A stretch of 61,934 nt of DNA, filler included, from Actinomycetota bacterium (GTDB lineage: Bacteria > Actinomycetota > Acidimicrobiia > IMCC26256 > VFJJ01), in NCBI GenBank assembly GCA_009886115.1. It is 7 parts of 7 records of this genome, joined end to end, with 100 filler letters (N's around TTAATTAATTAA, not from the genome) between each part and the next. Parts side by side here need not be neighbours in the genome. Positions count along the whole stretch, not along the records: positions 49,791 to 61,934 come from VFJJ01000010.1; 6 more parts are not named here. One strand, given 5' to 3'. Below are positions 57,411-61,934 of this stretch, in pieces; position 1 is the stretch's first letter, and each line of letters begins with the position of its first letter. The notes under the pieces are model-generated. The model ran no database searches, was not told the origin of the DNA, and saw nothing but the letters and a program-made list of their open reading frames with translations. A program made the translations under genes and the position numbers.

Positions 57411-58481
57411 ATGCAGGCATCGGTGAGCAACCCGGCTCGTTCCACGACCGACCTCGCGAGCGGCGCGTTCTGTGCCAACCCCGTCCTCGACGAGTTCTGG
57501 TATCCGGTGGCCTTGGCCAGCGAGACCGTCGCCGGGGCCCGCCGGATCACCGTGCTGGGCAAGCACTACGCGCTCTGGCGCGACGCCGCGGGCAACCCGT
57601 CGGCGCTGCCCGATCGGTGCACGCATCGCAACAGCCCCCTGTCGGCCGGTTCCGTCACAGCCGAGGGGTGCCTGCGTTGCCCCTATCACGGCTGGGAGTT
57701 CGACGGTGCCGGGCGCTGCGTCGCCATTCCGTCGTCGGGGCCGGGCGCGACCATCCCGCCCAAGGCCCATCTGCCGGCGGTGCCGTGCGTCGAGCGATAC
57801 GGCCTGGTGTGGGTGTGCCCGGGTGAGCCCCGAGGCACCATTCCCATGATGCCCTGGGACGACGATCCCACGTTCCGGCGTTTCCAGAACCCGGTGCAGG
57901 AATGGGCTGTCTCTGCGACCCGCATGGTCGACAACTTCATGGACTACTCGCACTTCCCGTACGTCCATGTCGTCAGCTTCGGGGGTGCCGCGGCGACCGA
58001 GATCCCCGACATGGAGCTCGGTCCGCTCCCCGACGGGTTCTACGGCTACGAGTACGAGGTGATCGCGGCCAACGATTCCGGCGGCACGTCGGTGAGCCTG
58101 CAGGACTCCCCGGTCGTGCACCGGCGCATGAGCACCGGGTTCCACCTCCCGTTCGCGGTCCGCTCGACCATCGAGTACGACTCCGGGCTGCAGCACATCT
58201 TGTTGTTGCTCTCGACACCGGTCGACGACGTCAACTCACTGTTCACCTTCGTCGTGTGGCGCAATGCTGAGGCCGACGCCGATGCCGACGAGGACACCGT
58301 GATGGCCTTCGACCGTCTGATCGGCGCCGAGGACAAGCTGATGCTCGAACGGCTCTCGGGCCCGCTCCCCCTGGGTAACGAGGGCGTCGTGAGCGTGCAG
58401 GCCGACAAGCCGTCGGTCGAATGGAAGCGCCAGCTCCGTGCGCTACTGGCCCCCCGCCAGGAGGACGTCCCATGCCCGTGA
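57411..58481 (+). CDS. Rieske non-heme iron oxygenase alpha subunit (VanA/NdmA-like demethylase group)
   Basis: DRCTH...CPYHGW Rieske site, DNFMDYSHFPYVH mononuclear Fe site and C-terminal ED. Confidence 0.9.
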   Translation: MQASVSNPARSTTDLASGAFCANPVLDEFWYPVALASETVAGARRITVLGKHYALWRDAAGNPSALPDRCTHRNSPLSAGSVTAEGCLRCPYHGWEFDGAGRCVAIPSSGPGATIPPKAHLPAVPCVERYGLVWVCPGEPRGTIPMMPWDDDPTFRRFQNPVQEWAVSATRMVDNFMDYSHFPYVHVVSFGGAAATEIPDMELGPLPDGFYGYEYEVIAANDSGGTSVSLQDSPVVHRRMSTGFHLPFAVRSTIEYDSGLQHILLLLSTPVDDVNSLFTFVVWRNAEADADADEDTVMAFDRLIGAEDKLMLERLSGPLPLGNEGVVSVQADKPSVEWKRQLRALLAPRQEDVPCP

Positions 58482-58984
58482 CCGGGATCAACCACGTCGT
58501 GCTCTACGTTCGCGACGCTCGGCAGCACGCCCGCTTCTACAACGAGGTGTTGGGCTTCGTGGAGGTGATCTCCCACCCGGACGGGGCGTTCGCCTTCATG
58601 CGTGCGCCGGCGTCGAGCAACCATCACGATCTCGCGTTCTTCTCCGTCGGGGCCGAGGCCGGCCCGTCGGGAGCCGGTCGCACGACGGTGGGGATGTACC
58701 ACGTCGCCTGGGCCGTCCCCACGCTCGCCGAGCTGGCCGAGGTACGCGAACGCTTGTCCGCCAAGGGATGTCTCGTCGGTACGTCCGACCACGGTGTGAA
58801 CAAGTCGCTCTATGCGCATGATCCCGACGGTCTGGAGTTCGAGGTCACCTGGATCACCCCGGCGTCGTTCTGGGGCACGCTCGAGCACGAGGCGATCGTG
58901 CAGCCGCTCGATCTCGACCGCGAGATCGCCCGCTACGGCGCCATGACGCCGGGCAACACCGAGCTGGCGGCGGCCTCGTCGTGA
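58472..58984 (+). CDS. VOC family protein (extradiol dioxygenase-like single domain)
   Basis: GINHVVLYVRD, NHHDLA, MYHVAW and DHGVNKSLYAHDPDGLEFE motifs. Confidence 0.85.
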   Translation: MPVTGINHVVLYVRDARQHARFYNEVLGFVEVISHPDGAFAFMRAPASSNHHDLAFFSVGAEAGPSGAGRTTVGMYHVAWAVPTLAELAEVRERLSAKGCLVGTSDHGVNKSLYAHDPDGLEFEVTWITPASFWGTLEHEAIVQPLDLDREIARYGAMTPGNTELAAASS

Positions 58985-59751
58985 GCGTGAGCGAGCCCCG
59001 GACGGGCACCAGCGGCCACGCCAGCGCCGGGCGCGACGGGCGCGACGGGCGGTTCGAGCCCGTGAGCCGCCAGACGGTGTCGCAGCAGGTTCGCGACCGG
59101 CTCGTGGCGTCGATCCGCGACGGCGACTTCGCCCCCGGGCAGGCCCTGCCGTCGGAACGGGCCCTGTGCGACGAGTTCGGCGTCGCTCGCACGTCGGTGC
59201 GCGAGGCCATGCAGGGCTTGATGTCGTTGCAGTTGGTGGAGCGGCGGGGCAACCGCACCCATGTCGCCGAGCATCTGCCCGACGTGAGCGTCGACGGGTT
59301 CGACCTCCGCAAGGAGCGCGTTCGCGAGCTGTTCGAGGTGCGTCGGGTCATCGAGATCCCGGTCGCGGAGCTGGCCGTGTGCCGGGCCACTGCGCACGAG
59401 CGGGCCGAGCTGACGGCGTTGGCCGCCCTGTTCGTCGACACGATGCCGTTGGAGGAGTTCCGGCGGCTCGACCGGGCGTTCCACTGGGCGCTGGCCCGGG
59501 CGTGCGGCAACCGCCTCTTGGCCGAGATGTACCAGAAGGTGCTCGACGCCCTGTTCCAGTCGAGCGATTTCGGCTCGCTGTTGTACGCGACCCCGAACCG
59601 CAAGGCGGTCAAGGAGATCGTGGCCTCGGCCGGTCGGGCCCACCGCGAGATCGCCGCGGCGGTCATGGCCGGCGACCCGGTCCGGGCCATGGAACAGGTC
59701 AGCGCCCACTTGCAAGACGTCGAGGACCGCATGGTCAAGCGGCTCGCGTGA
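58981..59751 (+). CDS. GntR/FadR family transcriptional regulator
   Basis: PGQALPSERALCDEFGVARTSVREA HTH and FCD domain (DRAFH..ACGN..H). Confidence 0.92.
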   Translation: MSVSEPRTGTSGHASAGRDGRDGRFEPVSRQTVSQQVRDRLVASIRDGDFAPGQALPSERALCDEFGVARTSVREAMQGLMSLQLVERRGNRTHVAEHLPDVSVDGFDLRKERVRELFEVRRVIEIPVAELAVCRATAHERAELTALAALFVDTMPLEEFRRLDRAFHWALARACGNRLLAEMYQKVLDALFQSSDFGSLLYATPNRKAVKEIVASAGRAHREIAAAVMAGDPVRAMEQVSAHLQDVEDRMVKRLA

Positions 59752-59773
59752 CGACCGCCGAGGAGAACCGCCG

Positions 59774-60166
59774 ATGAGCTCCCAACCGGCCCTGAACGAC
59801 CAGCGGGTGTGGTTCCTCGACGACACCGCGTTCGTCGACGTCAAGCCCGGCATGCGCCGACGGGTCATCCCCGGAAACGACATGATGCTGTGCTTTTGGC
59901 GGATCAAGTCGGGGGTGGGTCCGACGCCGTATGCCGATCATCCCGAGCACGAGCAGTTCGGGATCATCGTGGCCGGGCACCTCGACTTCCGGATCGACGG
60001 CGACGAGCGCCGGGTCCTGGGCCCCGGCGACGTGTACTGGGCCCCGGCGGGTTGCGATCACGGCGACTCGTTGTTCCGGGGCGATCCCGAGCGCGACGAC
60101 GAGGTCTGGATCGTCGACATGTTCTCGCCCAACCGTGAGGAATACCGTCCGGACGTCGTGCGATGA
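59774..60166 (+). CDS. Cupin domain protein
   Basis: HPEHEQ..GHLDF..LGPGDVYWAPAGCDHG and DMFSP motifs. Confidence 0.82.
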   Translation: MSSQPALNDQRVWFLDDTAFVDVKPGMRRRVIPGNDMMLCFWRIKSGVGPTPYADHPEHEQFGIIVAGHLDFRIDGDERRVLGPGDVYWAPAGCDHGDSLFRGDPERDDEVWIVDMFSPNREEYRPDVVR

Positions 60167-61934
60167 CCGACGCTCTCGCCGGGGCGACAGGCCCTACCCC
60201 GGGCACCGACTGGCGGTTGGCCGTCGACATCGGGGGGACCTTCACCGATGTCGTGCTGCTCGACGCGGTGTCGGGACGCGTCGTCGTCGACAAGACGCTC
60301 ACGACACCGGCAGCGCCGCTCGACGGCGTGCGCTCGGGCGTCATCTCCTTGCTGCACAAGGCCGGGGTGACTCCCCAAGAGATCCGACGACCGATCGTGC
60401 ACGCCACGACCCTCATCACCAACGCGCTCATCGAGGGCAAGACGGGACGGGCCGCGCTCGTCACCACCGAGGGTTTCGGCGACACGCTCCTCATCCGCAC
60501 CGAACACCGCTACGACATGTACGACCTCCAGATCGAGTTCCCGCCGCCCCCCATCCCGCGCGAGCTCACCTTCGAGATCGCCGAGCGCACGAGCGCCGAC
60601 GGGAACGTGGTGCGGGCCGTGACCGAGGCCGCGCTCGACGCGCTCGCGGCGCAGATCGCCGCGGCGCACGTCGAGGCGATCGCCGTGTGCCTGCTGCACG
60701 GCTACGCCAATCCGGCCAACGAACGGGCGGTCGCCGAGGGGCTCGAGAAGCGTCTCGGTCTGCCCGTGTGCGGCTCGGCCGACGTGGCCCCGCAGATCCG
60801 CGAGTACCCCCGCATGGTCACCACCGCCTGCAACGCGGTGACGATCCCGGTGATCGGGCCCTATCTCGAGGAGCTGCAGCGCTGGCTCCGCACCGAGGGC
60901 TTCGGCGGGGGAGTGCTGATGATGCTCTCCAACGGTGGTGTGGTCTCGGCCGCCGAAGCGGCGCGCCTGCCCATCCGCCTCGTCGAGTCGGGGCCCGCGG
61001 CCGGTGCGCTCGCCGGCACGTGGCTGGCCCGCAGGCACGGGATCGAACGGCTGCTGTGCTTCGACATGGGCGGCACAACGGCCAAGTCGTGCCTCATCGA
61101 GCACGGCGAGCCCGAGCTGTCGACCGAGTTCGAGGTGGCTCGGGTCTACCGGTTCAAGAAGGGCTCGGGCTATCCCTGCACCGTCGCCTCGGTCGACCTG
61201 GTCGAGATCGGCGCCGGCGGCGGGTCGCTGGCGCACGTCGACTCCCTGGGGCTGTTGAAGGTCGGGCCGGAGTCGGCGGGGGCCGAACCCGGACCGGCGT
61301 GCTACGGGCGCGGCGCCGCCGCGGCGACCGTCACCGACGCCGATCTGCTGCTGGGACTGCTCGACCCGGCGTTCTTCCTCGGCGGCGACATGCCGCTCGA
61401 CGTGGCCGCCGCCGAGCGGGCCGCCGCCTCGCTCGGGGTCGCGTTGAACGCCGGCGTGCTCGACGTGGCCGGGGGCGTTCACGAGATCGTGAACCAGAAC
61501 ATGGCCGCGTCGGCCCGGATGCACGCCGTCGAGCGGGGCGTCGACCTGCACGGGGTGACCGTGATGGGCTTCGGCGGGGCTGGCCCGGTGCACGCCTGCG
61601 GTGTGGCCGAGCTGCTCGAATCGCCGACGGTCGTCTTCCCCGTCAACGCGTCGGTGCTGTCGGCCTTCGGGACGCTGGTGTCGCCGGTACGGGTCGACCT
61701 GGCCCGTTCGAAGCTGGGACTGCTGAACGAGTCGGTCGTCGCGTCGCGCGACTCGCTGCTCGACGAGATGCGCGCCGAGGCCCGCCGGGTGCTGCCGAGC
61801 GCCGGGGTGCCCGTCGACGCCATCCGCTTCCGTTACGGGCTCGATGCCCGCTACCACGGGCAGGGCAATGAGATCACGGTCTGGGTGGGTGAGGGCGACG
61901 ACTGGCCGACCGACCTTCCCGAGACGACCGAGCG
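60163..61934 (+). CDS. Hydantoinase A/5-oxoprolinase family protein (3' partial)
   Basis: Manual translation from the ATGA overlap gives VDIGGTFTD, HATTLITNA, ESGPAAG, FDMGGTTA, IGAGGGS and FGGAGPVH. No stop before the window end, so it is absent from the ORF track. Confidence 0.92.
   Translation, partial: MTDALAGATGPTPGTDWRLAVDIGGTFTDVVLLDAVSGRVVVDKTLTTPAAPLDGVRSGVISLLHKAGVTPQEIRRPIVHATTLITNALIEGKTGRAALVTTEGFGDTLLIRTEHRYDMYDLQIEFPPPPIPRELTFEIAERTSADGNVVRAVTEAALDALAAQIAAAHVEAIAVCLLHGYANPANERAVAEGLEKRLGLPVCGSADVAPQIREYPRMVTTACNAVTIPVIGPYLEELQRWLRTEGFGGGVLMMLSNGGVVSAAEAARLPIRLVESGPAAGALAGTWLARRHGIERLLCFDMGGTTAKSCLIEHGEPELSTEFEVARVYRFKKGSGYPCTVASVDLVEIGAGGGSLAHVDSLGLLKVGPESAGAEPGPACYGRGAAAATVTDADLLLGLLDPAFFLGGDMPLDVAAAERAAASLGVALNAGVLDVAGGVHEIVNQNMAASARMHAVERGVDLHGVTVMGFGGAGPVHACGVAELLESPTVVFPVNASVLSAFGTLVSPVRVDLARSKLGLLNESVVASRDSLLDEMRAEARRVLPSAGVPVDAIRFRYGLDARYHGQGNEITVWVGEGDDWPTDLPETTE

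Overview
The window is not one locus. It holds seven unrelated contigs (1-7266, 7367-13969, 14070-21948, 22049-34062, 34163-44386, 44487-49690, 49791-61934) joined by artificial 100-nt linkers (N44-TTAATTAATTAA-N44). The DNA is very GC-rich and actinobacterial (WhiB, mycothiol-type MDMPI domain); GYWLVxxDGGIFxFGDA surface repeats suggest Acidimicrobiia, probably a MAG (inference). Contig 1: surface protein, MATE pump, adenosine deaminase, HExxH protein, and tRNA-Leu(UAA) followed by an internally deleted tyrosine integrase. Contig 2: acyl-CoA catabolism. Contig 3: flagellin end, fliD, a FliT-like gene and a >1700-aa multi-GT2/TPR glycosyltransferase, with sigma-28-like promoters. Contig 4: vapBC, an ECF sigma remnant, metabolic genes, LysR, WhiB and a second flagellin end. 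Contig 5: lipoprotein, DUF4331, TPR, SigK-like ECF and an anti-sigma/MDMPI fusion, then an orphan adenine methylase and a DEAD-box helicase. Contig 6: PqqD, nucleotidyltransferase, Wzy-like protein, deacetylase and a GT4/GNAT fusion. Contig 7: kinase, coxS-coxM with no large subunit, an atypical ribF, and a GntR-associated divergent cluster (Rieske oxygenase, three VOC proteins, cupin, SnoaL, amidohydrolase, hydantoinase). The best candidates for undescribed systems are the ECF/MDMPI/DUF4331 module, the sigma-28-linked giant glycosyltransferase with multiple flagellins, the GntR/Rieske catabolic cluster and the PqqD/nucleotidyltransferase glycan locus. All family calls come from motif recognition by eye; no database searches were run.
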